Below are positions 49,101 to 57,711 of a stretch of 64,000 bases of DNA, piece after piece. The notes beneath the pieces are model-generated. The model saw only the letters and a list, made by a program, of their open reading frames with translations, was not told the origin of the DNA and ran no database searches. Source of the stretch: Fibrobacterota bacterium. Lineage in GTDB: Bacteria; Fibrobacterota; Fibrobacteria; UBA5070. The stretch's first letter is position 1, and the number at the start of each line of letters is the position of its first letter. The translations under genes were made by a program, and so were the position numbers. Location of the stretch: NCBI GenBank assembly GCA_029557215.1, contig JAKPQQ010000215.1:3875-67874 (forward strand), given 5' to 3'.

Positions 49101-49158
49101 GTCGCGTTCGCTCGACATCCAGTCGGGCACCAACACCGCCGAACATTTCAGCCTCTGA
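46135..49158 (+). CDS. STAS domain, long Pro/Ser-rich linker, one TM helix and two PEGA domains
   Basis: STAS 'IIIDLGGVEYLYSDSINALV...ILVRAGL'; TM 'LLLALIALAVVAIIGLGIFFL'; PEGA 'VTSRPSGATLFLDG..KTP' and 'LTSAPTNAEIVV.GK.VGKTP'. Confidence 0.8.
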   Translation: MLMRFETRAVGVFEVLSVQLVADEVFDAGRLRQETLRLVERGSRRIIIDLGGVEYLYSDSINALVALNRRMLESSGRMGILVPHPKVYDILVRAGLENIMRLYRSEAELQSDSRELMRQSSAWTRPAELLSAATASQMVSPTTLAPKNPGDLRDAASASQRIPRRRVGSRVEVKSRRRGGRGLDQDPVGPDFQLPPQLPVLPSESSTLRALSQDSSSFEHSPPPRPGRTPPPAPAQPKSASEATVFHIPDSSQHDGYSTDAWLLSLTSQQEPPSPSASQMVAQEIAADSSSFLPKVAPGQPPLQDAPSQFSAEFRWDDSAIHPVDTPSTPPPAPRGYAPPPQAYQPPPQTYAPPPAQASPWTSGQQPHPAQPQAPQNRQASQAESPFLNDPRSSYHDVPSAHSSAGSPGSASGVNPRSSVSDPWQPPPFQPLPPDQDIRSAIFYDHAPPPAPNPPPAPKDAAWSDPTMVMPTQAPEARRQASPASSGAHQIPVPPPAAARSGASAMDSWFGGQPATQPPPAPPAPRAAASSTSVHSAAASHTHTSLPTQQQPDLGSWFDNGTPAPAPAPRPAPPQPAPRSQASATDSWISQPSSAPPPSPRSAPPAPRSNPSAQDSWISQSPASARPAPKSGFTPKPAPVPTPAPKPAASPLDSWITQSPVAEKPAPRSTQHHPAPSPARAAEPTAAQDSWITPSPAASPKSSPKRSSPKDSPVGGTAWNDPSPRQGSKRPPPATKPPSSFVDLDDLDAEEPSRRSPLLLALIALAVVAIIGLGIFFLGGAKKNATDVPPGTTSTDSSSVEAAPPPPAEEAPVAETAEEVAAPEPVEEKVVQKPEPKKSKPEPKKTASKETKKPPPAPVAPAPAPEEEHSPIKVFVTSRPSGATLFLDGSKTCKTPCEVTVRRRGQLEFNLAGYRKQTKAVDPEETRGTINVQLVPDGGGSGVGKIYLTSAPTNAEIVVAGKVVGKTPRMVELPVGSQKVTVRSGVLSRSRSLDIQSGTNTAEHFSL

Positions 49159-49556
49159 TGGCGGAAAACGCTCCATCCCTGGTGCCCCTGGCACGCGAAA
49201 ACGGCTTTGGCGAAGAAGGCCTGCGCCTGTTGCTGGCGGTGATCCACGGTCTGTCCATGCGCCGATCGCTGGCGGGCGACGGTCCGCACCTGGGAGCCGA
49301 ACACGTGGCGATGGGGTTTTTCCATACCGTCCAGGAACGGTTCGGGGTTCTGACCCGCGACGTCCTGGAGCACTGGGGACTCGAATCCCCCGCGTTGCTG
49401 GGCAAGGCGGTGGCGCTGTTGGTGGACGCCGGCTTCCTGGCGCGTTCCAGCGACGAACTGGACGACTACGACCGGATCCCGGAGCCTCCCGAGGAATGGC
49501 CCGAACCGCCCGATCCTCCTCCCGTGCGCGAGACCACGTCGTGGAGCGGAGGCTGA
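49158..49556 (+). CDS. Hypothetical protein resembling the Minf_1886 (PVC-associated) family
   Basis: TGATG coupling; 'HLGAEHV......QERFGVLTRDVLEHWGL....LG..V..LVDAGFL' resembles the family pattern. Confidence 0.6.
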   Translation: MAENAPSLVPLARENGFGEEGLRLLLAVIHGLSMRRSLAGDGPHLGAEHVAMGFFHTVQERFGVLTRDVLEHWGLESPALLGKAVALLVDAGFLARSSDELDDYDRIPEPPEEWPEPPDPPPVRETTSWSGG

Positions 49557-50305
49557 ACCCGGACACCCCGCTTTCCAAGGTGCGGATCGCTTCCGTGCCC
49601 TATCTCAACGCGGCCCCCCTCGTGCACGGGCTTCCCGACATCCGCAGCGCGGTGCCTTCCAAACTGGCGCATTGGCTGGATTCCGGCGAATGCGACCTGG
49701 CCGTCCTTTCGATCGGGGCCGCGCTGGAACGCCCCGATTGGCGGGTGCTGCCGGATCTCGGCGTGGCCGCCGACGGAGCGGTCCGCACCGTGCTGGTCCT
49801 GCACCCCGGCCCTCTGGACAAGATCCGTCGCCTGCGGCTGGATCCCGCCTCGCGCACCTCCAACATCCTGGCGCGGATCGTGGTCGAGGAAGCCTCGGGC
49901 GCCGCGCCGGAAATCGCCGACGACGCCCAGGCCCGCGTGGTGATCGGCGACCCCGCCTTCGCGCACGACCCGGACCGCGAAGGGACCGACCTCGCCCTGG
50001 CCTGGAAGCGGCTCACCGGCCTCCCCATGGTCTTCGCGGGGTGGATCGCTGGAAGACGGCTTTCGCAGGACCCGATCCTGCTGCAGGAAACAAGGGTCGC
50101 GCTGCTGGAGGCCTGGCGGGCCAACATGGCGGACTTGACGGAAATCGTCGAGTCGCAGGCGGTGGTGGCGCCGGAAACCGCCCGCGCCTATTTCCAGGAG
50201 AACATCCACTACCCGCTCGACGAGCGTTTCCACGCCGGCGCCGACCTCTTCGCGCGCAAGGCCGCCGCCCTGGGGTTCGGGTCCGGATCGGTGCCGTGGG
50301 CGTGA
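49541..50305 (+). CDS. mqnA: Chorismate dehydratase (futalosine pathway)
   Basis: 'IASVPYLNAAPL', 'GAVRTV', 'D.ASRTS..L', 'VIGDPA', 'DLALAWKRLTGLPMVFAGW'. Confidence 0.88.
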   Translation: MERRLNPDTPLSKVRIASVPYLNAAPLVHGLPDIRSAVPSKLAHWLDSGECDLAVLSIGAALERPDWRVLPDLGVAADGAVRTVLVLHPGPLDKIRRLRLDPASRTSNILARIVVEEASGAAPEIADDAQARVVIGDPAFAHDPDREGTDLALAWKRLTGLPMVFAGWIAGRRLSQDPILLQETRVALLEAWRANMADLTEIVESQAVVAPETARAYFQENIHYPLDERFHAGADLFARKAAALGFGSGSVPWA

Positions 50306-51552
50306 TCGTCCAGGCCGAACGCATGTGGCTGGGCCCCGGCCGCATCGAGGAAGGCTGGGGACTGCGGACGGAAAACGGGAAGATCCAGGACGTGGGCCCG
50401 GTCCGCAAGCTGCGCCAGGGACGCCCGCTGGGCGAAACGGTGCTGGACTGCGGCCGCACCCTCCTGATGCCGGGCCTGGTGAACGCGCACGTGCACCTGG
50501 AACTGGGTTGGCTGCGCGACCGGACCAACGCCCGGCTGGGGTTCGCATCCTGGGTGCGCGACCTGCGCCGATTCCAGATCGAGGACGAAGCCGCCATGGG
50601 CAAGGACGAATTCCGTCACGCCATGGTCCAGGCGATCCGCCTGGGCGCGATCGAGATGCTGCACCACGGCACCACCACCTTCCTGGACGTGTCCAACACC
50701 GGGCTCCCGGGCGAGATCCTTCCCGGGAACGGCCCCCGGTCGCTGGCCGCGCTGGAATGCCTGGGCCTGGATCGCCGGAAGGCCGCGAGCGTCCTGGAGC
50801 GGGCCGAAGCCTACCTGGAAGCGGGTCCGCGCGGACGGATCAGCCCGCTGGCGGTGCCGCACGCCCTTTATTCGTGCTCGGGTCCGCTCCTGAAAGGAAT
50901 GGGCGCGCTGGCCGGCCGCCAGGGGTTCACGAGCATCCACATGGTGGAAAGCTCCGAGGAGGCCGACCTCTACCAGCTGGGCATGGGCAAGCTCAAGGGA
51001 TTCGTGGACGAAATCTGTCCCGACCACGACATCCTGGTGGGCGAGGACCCGCTGGAGCGGTTCGAGCGGTTCGTGGGACAGGTTCCGTCGTTCCTGGCCG
51101 TGCACGGCTACGCGCTGTCGCCGGGACAGGTCCAGCGGTTGTCGCGCATGGGCGCGGCGGTGTGCCTGTGCCCTTCCAGCCGCGGGTTCTTCCTGCATCC
51201 GTCCATCCCCCTGGCCGACCTGGCGCGCCACAAGATCCCCGTGTGCCTGGGAACCGACTCGCTCGCGTCGGCCCCCACCTTGTCGCTCTGGCGCGAGATG
51301 GCCGTCCTGCACCAGGAGCACCCCGACCTGGACCCGGGACGGATCCTGTCGTGGGCCACCGAAGGCGGCGCGCGCGCCCTTGGCGTGCCGGCCGGTCGCC
51401 TGCAGGCGGGCCTTTCGGCCGACTGGATCGCGGTGGAGACCGCGGATGTGCCCGACGACGACCTGGAATCGTTCCTGGTCGACGAGGAACCCGACGTGCG
51501 GGTGGTGTGCGTGGAAGGCGAGATCCTGCTGGACGGCCGCTGGGAGGGGTGA
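50302..51552 (+). CDS. Metal-dependent amidohydrolase/deaminase (aminofutalosine deaminase candidate)
   Basis: GTGA overlap with mqnA; 'LMPGLVNAHVHLE', 'GTTT', 'PHALYS', 'HMVES', 'VH', 'CPSS', 'LGTDSLAS'. Confidence 0.8.
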   Translation: MIVQAERMWLGPGRIEEGWGLRTENGKIQDVGPVRKLRQGRPLGETVLDCGRTLLMPGLVNAHVHLELGWLRDRTNARLGFASWVRDLRRFQIEDEAAMGKDEFRHAMVQAIRLGAIEMLHHGTTTFLDVSNTGLPGEILPGNGPRSLAALECLGLDRRKAASVLERAEAYLEAGPRGRISPLAVPHALYSCSGPLLKGMGALAGRQGFTSIHMVESSEEADLYQLGMGKLKGFVDEICPDHDILVGEDPLERFERFVGQVPSFLAVHGYALSPGQVQRLSRMGAAVCLCPSSRGFFLHPSIPLADLARHKIPVCLGTDSLASAPTLSLWREMAVLHQEHPDLDPGRILSWATEGGARALGVPAGRLQAGLSADWIAVETADVPDDDLESFLVDEEPDVRVVCVEGEILLDGRWEG

Positions 51553-51715
51553 AAAGCCTCCCGAGCCCGTTCGCAAAAACAAATCGTTCGCGCCTTGCAT
51601 CTCCGACAATCCTCGATCGCGAAAGGCTCCGAAGCCTGCTACCGTTCGCGGATCGCCTTCCACGAGTTCACGGCAACGGGCGGCGCGGTGGCTTTGGCGA
51701 TCGTATGATGTATCC

Positions 51716-52558
51716 ATGGAGAAGACCGGCCCGGATATCTTCCGCTACGCGGACTACCGCCAGTTCCTCAAGGATTGGTGGAGCTGGAAGAAGCGTTCGT
51801 CGCGCATCGCGTCATTCCGTTCCTTCGCCATGAAGGCGGGCACCGCCCCGAGCCTTCTCAAGGACATCATCGAAGGACGCCGGCGCCTGACCGCCGACAC
51901 CGTCGTGAAGTTCACCCCGGCCTTGGGGCTGTCCGATCCCGAATCGTCCTACCTGGCCCTGCTGGCGCGGTTCGGGAACGCCCGCAACGTCGCGGAAAAG
52001 AACCACGCCTTCGCCGAAATGGCCAAGGTCCGGCGCAAGATGTTCCTCAAGTTCCTGCCTCCCGAGAAATACGCCCTGTGGACCACCTGGTACCACGCTT
52101 CCATTCGGGAATTGACGGCGCTGGAGGACTTCCAGGAAGATCCCGAATGGATCGCCCACCGGCTGGAACCACCCATCTCGGTCCGGCAAGCCAAGGACGC
52201 CCTGGCCCTGTTGATGCGCACGGGACTCCTGCAACGCGACGATCGCGGTCGGTTGCGCCCGGCCGAACCCGCCGTCAGCACGGAATACGAAACGCCCAAC
52301 CAGCTGGTGCGGCACTTCAACCAGGAGATGATCGGCTTGGCGCTCACGGCGCCCGATCGGTTCGAACCGTCCCAACGCGAAGTCGGAGGCCTCACCCTGG
52401 GGTTGTCGGCCGAATGCTACGACCGGATCAAGGAACGGATCCGGATCTTCAAGGAGGAGATCCTCGCCATGGTGGTGGAAGACCCGCGCGGATCCGAAAC
52501 GATCGCCCAGTTGAACATCCAGCTGTTCCCCCTCTCGCGCAAGGAGGTGGCGGCATGA
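51716..52558 (+). CDS. TIGR02147 / DUF4423 family protein (Fibrobacter-type putative DNA-binding protein)
   Basis: 'IFRYADYRQFLKDW', 'SFRSFA.KAG', 'WYHASIREL', 'IS..QAKDAL.LL...GLL', 'R....LTLGLS...Y..I...I..F', 'QLNIQLFPLS'. Confidence 0.9.
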   Translation: MEKTGPDIFRYADYRQFLKDWWSWKKRSSRIASFRSFAMKAGTAPSLLKDIIEGRRRLTADTVVKFTPALGLSDPESSYLALLARFGNARNVAEKNHAFAEMAKVRRKMFLKFLPPEKYALWTTWYHASIRELTALEDFQEDPEWIAHRLEPPISVRQAKDALALLMRTGLLQRDDRGRLRPAEPAVSTEYETPNQLVRHFNQEMIGLALTAPDRFEPSQREVGGLTLGLSAECYDRIKERIRIFKEEILAMVVEDPRGSETIAQLNIQLFPLSRKEVAA

Positions 52559-53202
52559 AGAAGCTCCTTTGCCTGGTCGCGTTCGCCTTGGGTTCGTGCG
52601 CGCTCGACCGCGAAACCGGCACCGGCAGCCAGACCGGCAACTCCATCGTGTCGGGAAGGATCGCCACCGGCGACACTTCGCTGCCCACCGGAACGGAAAT
52701 CCATATCCGGCCGCTGGGATGGACGCCTTCCCAGCCCACCGACACGACGCGGATCCGCACCGTCAAATCCGACGCCGAGGGCCGATTCGAATTCGTGGGC
52801 GTGCCTCCGGGCACCTACCGGCTGGAAGCCAAAAAAGCCAAGAAGGGCTGGAGCCGCACCGTCAAGGTGGCGCGGGACACCGCACTGGCACTTCCCACCG
52901 GAACCCTCGCCGCGCTGGGAGGCCTCCAGTGCCAGATCCGCATGTCGGATTCCACCCGCGGCGGCAGGGTCGAGCTCTACGGTCTGGACCTCTGGGACAC
53001 GTTGCCCGCGATCGGAACCCCGCAGGTGGTCGCGAGCTTCCAGGAGGTCCCGGTCGGGACGCAGACGGTCAGGATCTGGTCCAAGACCATGTCCACGGTG
53101 CTGGCCGACATCCCGGTGCGGATCGGTCCCGACAGCGCGAGCACGGTGGAATACGACGGACGCAAGGTGGAAAACGTCGGCCCCGTGGAAGACGAGGACT
53201 GA
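52555..53202 (+). CDS. Lipoprotein with carboxypeptidase-regulatory-like (Cna-B-type) domain
   Basis: ATGA overlap with TIGR02147 stop, RBS GGAGG; lipobox LGSC; 'GTGSQTGN', 'SDAEGRFEFVGVPPGTYRLEA'. Confidence 0.8.
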   Translation: MKKLLCLVAFALGSCALDRETGTGSQTGNSIVSGRIATGDTSLPTGTEIHIRPLGWTPSQPTDTTRIRTVKSDAEGRFEFVGVPPGTYRLEAKKAKKGWSRTVKVARDTALALPTGTLAALGGLQCQIRMSDSTRGGRVELYGLDLWDTLPAIGTPQVVASFQEVPVGTQTVRIWSKTMSTVLADIPVRIGPDSASTVEYDGRKVENVGPVEDED

Positions 53203-53209
53203 ACCGGGG

Positions 53210-54265
53210 TCACGGATCCAGGGGAACGAAGTCCGGGTAGGCCGTGCGGCCCGGTTCCTTGATCCAGACCGCGGCGGTGTCGCCCACCTCGGAAAGCTCC
53301 CACGAAAGCCCGCCCGTCCCGGGGCGCAGCATCGCCGATTTCTCGTTCTTGTCCACCCACGACCACTGCGTGTACGACACTTTCTGGTGGGGGCTCGTGT
53401 TCAGGAACTCCACGAACCGGCGCGACCTGGCCCAGTCGATCCTGCCGTTTCCCGACGCCTCGGTGACGCTCCATTCGGTGGCGAACACGGGCACCTTCTC
53501 CAGCACGCCCTTGAGGTCGTCGGCCATGCCGTGGGTGGCCGCGTAGCCGTGGTAGGCGTACATGACGTTGCGGACGCTGTCGCCGGCGGCATCCACCGTC
53601 AACGGGTCTTCGGCGGCCTTGATGGTGCGCCGCGACCATTCGGGCGTGCCCACCACGATCACCGTGGACGAATCGTTGCGGCGGATGATCGGGATGATGG
53701 TCTTGGCGTAGGACTTGATTTCGTCCCAGCCGACGAACTTGGGTTCGTTGCAGATCTCGTAGATCACGTGGGGATCGCCCGCGAAATAACGGGAGGTCTT
53801 CTCCCAGAATCCGGAAGCCTCCTCCAGGTACTTGTTGGGGTCGTCCTCCATGTGCCAGTCGACGATCACGTAGACGCCGTTGTCGCGGGCCCATCCGGCG
53901 ATCATGCGCATGCGCGCGTCCCACGAAGCCCCGCCCTTGGCGTATTCGAAGGCGGGCACGGGGATGCGCACCACGGTGGCGCCCATCTTGTCGACCATGA
54001 ACGCCACGGCCGAGCTCTTGAGATTCTCCTCGTGCCAGTTGATCCAGAAGAACGACACGCCCCGCAACTGCACGGGCACGCCCGACGCGTCGGACAATTG
54101 CCGTCCGATCACCCGGAGCTTGCCGTGCTTGGCCACCAATCCCTCCGGTACGGGCTTGGCGTTGGAATGGAAGACGCCCGCGCACCCTCCCAGGAACACC
54201 AGGGCGGCGGCGAACGCGAGCGGGCGCTTCAGCGGTCGCCTTTCCAGATCTGCCAAAGCACCCAT
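53210..54265 (-). CDS. GH5 (subfamily 2-like) endoglucanase, probable lipoprotein
   Basis: Lipobox LGGC; 'HGKLRVIG', 'VQLRGVS', 'YVIVDWH', 'YEICNEP', 'VVGTPEWS', 'FATEW'; start uncertain. Confidence 0.88.
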   Translation of the reverse strand: MGALADLERRPLKRPLAFAAALVFLGGCAGVFHSNAKPVPEGLVAKHGKLRVIGRQLSDASGVPVQLRGVSFFWINWHEENLKSSAVAFMVDKMGATVVRIPVPAFEYAKGGASWDARMRMIAGWARDNGVYVIVDWHMEDDPNKYLEEASGFWEKTSRYFAGDPHVIYEICNEPKFVGWDEIKSYAKTIIPIIRRNDSSTVIVVGTPEWSRRTIKAAEDPLTVDAAGDSVRNVMYAYHGYAATHGMADDLKGVLEKVPVFATEWSVTEASGNGRIDWARSRRFVEFLNTSPHQKVSYTQWSWVDKNEKSAMLRPGTGGLSWELSEVGDTAAVWIKEPGRTAYPDFVPLDP

Positions 54266-54389
54266 CCAAGCCAACCCAGGACGATGTTGAGGACCCAGAA
54301 CGGTGCGGCCACGATCCAGGCCGCAGTGGTCATGTTTTTGGCGAGTTCGTCGAACATCCGCCCTATCTAAACCAAACCAACGCATTCGG

Positions 54390-56864
54390 TCAATCCCTCG
54401 GTACCGTGTCGGCTCCGGACGAATCCGGCCAGAACTTCGAATCGCTGCCTTCGGGCGCATCCGCGAGGGCCGTTTCGATCGCCTTTAGTAGCCGTTGCGC
54501 CTGCACGGGTTTCGCCACGATCGTCTCGACCCCCGAATCGCCGGGGTCGTCGGCCAGCCCCACCACCGGGACCACCACCCCGCACCGCTTGATCAGGGGC
54601 TTCCATGCGTCGTCGTCCAGGTCCACGACCACTAGGTCGCACTCCCCGGCGTCGACATGGGCGATGGCTTCGCGAGGATCCCGAACCTCCACCGGCACCA
54701 GGCCCAGGCGTTCGACCATGCTCGTGACCATCCCCCGCAGGACGATTCCCGTCACCGCGACCGCGACCCTCGCCTTGGGGATCGCGAGCGTCTCGATGCC
54801 CTTGGCGATCGCGGCCGGTCCCGCCGGAAGCGCGACCACCTCGGCGCGGAACGCCACCAGATGGATGCGCAGATCCCGGACGTGTTCGGGTTCGGAGAGC
54901 ACCAGAAGATTCGCGGCCGGCGGCAGGAGGCCGAGTTCGTTCCGCTCCATCAGGGCCGCCGAGTCCAGGACCACCACATGGCTGGTGCCGTAGGCGTGCC
55001 GGCCCGATCCCGGTTCCACCACCTCGCCGACCAGGTTCATCTGCCACAGGATCTTCTGCACGAATTCGCGCAGCCTCGCGTCGCAGAGCAGGAGTCGGAT
55101 CCGGATGTTGCGGCGGGTCGCGAGGGCGCCCACGATCGGCTTGCGATCCACGACCGGCGCTTCGAACTCGAAATGGAACCGGGAGCCTTCGCCAAGTCGG
55201 CTTTCCACCTGGATCTCCGATCCGGCGGCCCGCACGATCCGGCTCGCGATGGTCAGACCAAGCCCCGTTCCGCCGTAGCGCACCGCGGTCTCGGACGTCG
55301 CCTGCTCGAACGGCTCGAAGATCGCCTCCAGGCGATCGGGCGGGATCCCGGCGCCGGTGTCCACGACCTCGAGCCGGATCCGCGCGCGTCCGTCCCGCTG
55401 CGAAACCAGGCCGAGCGAAACATCCACGCCGCCGACCTGGGTGAACTTGATCGCGTTGCCCACGAGGTTGTTGAGCACCTGCCGAAGTCGCGCCGCGTCC
55501 AGGCGCACCAGCGACGGGAGCGCCGGATCGATCCACACGTCCAGCCGGACGTTTTTCTTGACCGCCACCTGCGAAAGCACCCGCAGAGGATCCACCACCG
55601 CGGATTCCAGATCGACCTCGTCGGGCACCAGTTCCACGACGCCCTTTTCCAGGCGCGCGTATTCCAGCACGCCGTTGATGGTCTCCAGAAGCCCCAGCGC
55701 CGCCCCGCGCGAAAGTTCCAGGGCTTCGCGGGTCTCGGCGTCGTGGTCGGACTTCAAGACGAATTCCGTCAAACCGATCACGCCGTTGAGCGGCGTGCGC
55801 AGCTCGTGGGTCATGGAGGCCAGGAAGTTCACGCGGGCGCGTTCGGCGGCGTTCGCCCGTTCCAGGGCCGTGGCGAGGTCGGCCTGGGTGGAACGCATGG
55901 CCGCGACCATCTCGTCGATGCGCCTGGACAGCATCCCGATCTCGTCGTCCTTGGGATCGCCGACGGCCGGGGCGGTGATGCCCTCCTCCCGGATCCTCTG
56001 GACGCCGCGGGTCAGGCGCATGAGCCGGAACAGCACCATGCGCTCCAGCAGGAACAAGGCGAGCACCACGAACGACACCGACGCGCCGGCGAAGTGGAAC
56101 AGGAAGTCGAACGAGGCCTTGTCGCCCAGCGCGTACAGCGGACGTCCGAGCCCCAACGCCAGGAAGACGTCGCCTCCATCGACGGGTTCCAGCCGCACCC
56201 GGAGCACCACGCTGTCGCGATGCACGAGCTCGACGCCGAAGGGAGCCCCCCGGAGATCGGCCGCGGAATCGATCCAGACGTCGCACTGGATGTCGGTGGC
56301 CAGTCCGTCCAGCAGTTCGCGGTCCACCTCGCGAGCCATGGCGAGCCAACCGCGCCGCGGACCGAATCCGTCGGAATTCCTGACCTCGCGGATGGACGCG
56401 AACACGAGTCCGGAATCCGTTCCCATGAGCCCCGTCCAGGGATACCTCCCCTGGGAGATCTGTTCCCGCAACCTGGACTCGAGATCGTCGCCTCGGACGA
56501 CCGACGCGGGAAGCGCGCCCCTGACGGAAAGCGACGTGTCCCAGTAGACCAGGAGATCCTCGCCCAGGATCGAAAGCGTGGAGTCGCCCAGATTGGACTT
56601 CTCGAAGTCCGCTCCACCCTCCGCCAGCCACCGGGCCGCGGCGTCCCACTCCGCCCAATCCCGGGTCTTCATCTGCTCGGTGGCGGCGATCCGCTCGATC
56701 GCCCGGATCGAGCGACGGACCACCCGCGAGAACTCCTCCGATTCCAGTTCGTCGAACCCGGAACGGATCCGCTCGATTCCCAGCGCGCAGGCCAGCACGG
56801 CGAGCGTCGCGAACAAGGAGGCCGGCAGAGCCAAGGTCCTCCATCTCAGGCCGCCTCCGACCAT
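54390..56864 (-). CDS. Hybrid sensor kinase (CHASE4, HAMP, HisKA, HATPase, two degenerate receiver-like domains)
   Basis: CHASE4 'RDWAEWD'; HAMP 'DDEIGML'; 'THELRTPLNG'; 'RLRQVLNNLVGNAIKFT'; 'DTGAGI'; 'YGGTGLGL'. Confidence 0.88.
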   Translation of the reverse strand: MVGGGLRWRTLALPASLFATLAVLACALGIERIRSGFDELESEEFSRVVRRSIRAIERIAATEQMKTRDWAEWDAAARWLAEGGADFEKSNLGDSTLSILGEDLLVYWDTSLSVRGALPASVVRGDDLESRLREQISQGRYPWTGLMGTDSGLVFASIREVRNSDGFGPRRGWLAMAREVDRELLDGLATDIQCDVWIDSAADLRGAPFGVELVHRDSVVLRVRLEPVDGGDVFLALGLGRPLYALGDKASFDFLFHFAGASVSFVVLALFLLERMVLFRLMRLTRGVQRIREEGITAPAVGDPKDDEIGMLSRRIDEMVAAMRSTQADLATALERANAAERARVNFLASMTHELRTPLNGVIGLTEFVLKSDHDAETREALELSRGAALGLLETINGVLEYARLEKGVVELVPDEVDLESAVVDPLRVLSQVAVKKNVRLDVWIDPALPSLVRLDAARLRQVLNNLVGNAIKFTQVGGVDVSLGLVSQRDGRARIRLEVVDTGAGIPPDRLEAIFEPFEQATSETAVRYGGTGLGLTIASRIVRAAGSEIQVESRLGEGSRFHFEFEAPVVDRKPIVGALATRRNIRIRLLLCDARLREFVQKILWQMNLVGEVVEPGSGRHAYGTSHVVVLDSAALMERNELGLLPPAANLLVLSEPEHVRDLRIHLVAFRAEVVALPAGPAAIAKGIETLAIPKARVAVAVTGIVLRGMVTSMVERLGLVPVEVRDPREAIAHVDAGECDLVVVDLDDDAWKPLIKRCGVVVPVVGLADDPGDSGVETIVAKPVQAQRLLKAIETALADAPEGSDSKFWPDSSGADTVPRD

Positions 56865-56865
56865 G

Positions 56866-57618
56866 TCACGCTCCCGACGAGACGGATTCCGTCCGGGCCG
56901 CGAGCTTCTCGCGCAGCCGATCCCGCTTTTCCGTCGCCGCCGACATCGCCTTGGCGGTCGACGCCAACGCCTGCCGGAACGCCTGCCAATCGCAGCTTCC
57001 CTGGGCCCTGAAGGCCTCCAGCAAGGCGGGCAGCGCGCCCTGCGCCAGCACCTGGGCGCCTTCGCGAAGCGCCATGGCCGCCTTCCCGGCGGCATCCTCC
57101 TTGGATGCGGGATCGGGACCGTTCCCGAAGACCGCCACCGCCTCCTGGACCAGCGCACGGAACGTGTCGAACAGCTCCTCGTACTTCTCCTGGCTCAGTC
57201 CCGTCTCTTCCAGGATCTGGAACTTGGAGCGCAGCGGCTGGTCGCTTCCCGGCGACTCGATCATGTACTGCCTCACCTTGGGCAGCAGGGTCTCTTCCCG
57301 GATGGGTTTCACGAGGTAGTGCTTGCACCCCAAGCCGACGACCTTCCTCACCGTTTCGGCGTCAGAGATGCTCGTCATGATGATCACGGGGATCAGCTTC
57401 AGGCTCTCGTCGCGCGCCATCGCCTCCAGCAGCTGGTAGCCATCCATCTCGGGCATCATCAGATCCGAAAGCACGAGCTGGATGTCCTTGCGCACGGCAA
57501 GTTTTTCCAGCGCCTGTTTCCCGGTCTTGGCCTGGACGGTTTCCAGTCCGTGGGAATGCAGGAGCATTTCCAGCGTCCTGAGGCTGATTGGGTTGTCTTC
57601 GACGACCAGGATGCTCAT
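56866..57618 (-). CDS. Response regulator with C-terminal Hpt-like helical domain
   Basis: 'ILVVEDN', 'LSDLMMPEMDG', 'IIMT', 'YLVKP'; RBS AAGGAG upstream. Confidence 0.88.
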   Translation of the reverse strand: MSILVVEDNPISLRTLEMLLHSHGLETVQAKTGKQALEKLAVRKDIQLVLSDLMMPEMDGYQLLEAMARDESLKLIPVIIMTSISDAETVRKVVGLGCKHYLVKPIREETLLPKVRQYMIESPGSDQPLRSKFQILEETGLSQEKYEELFDTFRALVQEAVAVFGNGPDPASKEDAAGKAAMALREGAQVLAQGALPALLEAFRAQGSCDWQAFRQALASTAKAMSAATEKRDRLREKLAARTESVSSGA

Positions 57619-57711
57619 CGACGCTCCTTCGCGGAAACCCGATGATACCACGCTCGCCGGCAGGGGGTCAATCTCTTCGGGTCCGATCCCCCGAAGCCGC
57701 CGCCAAGCGGT

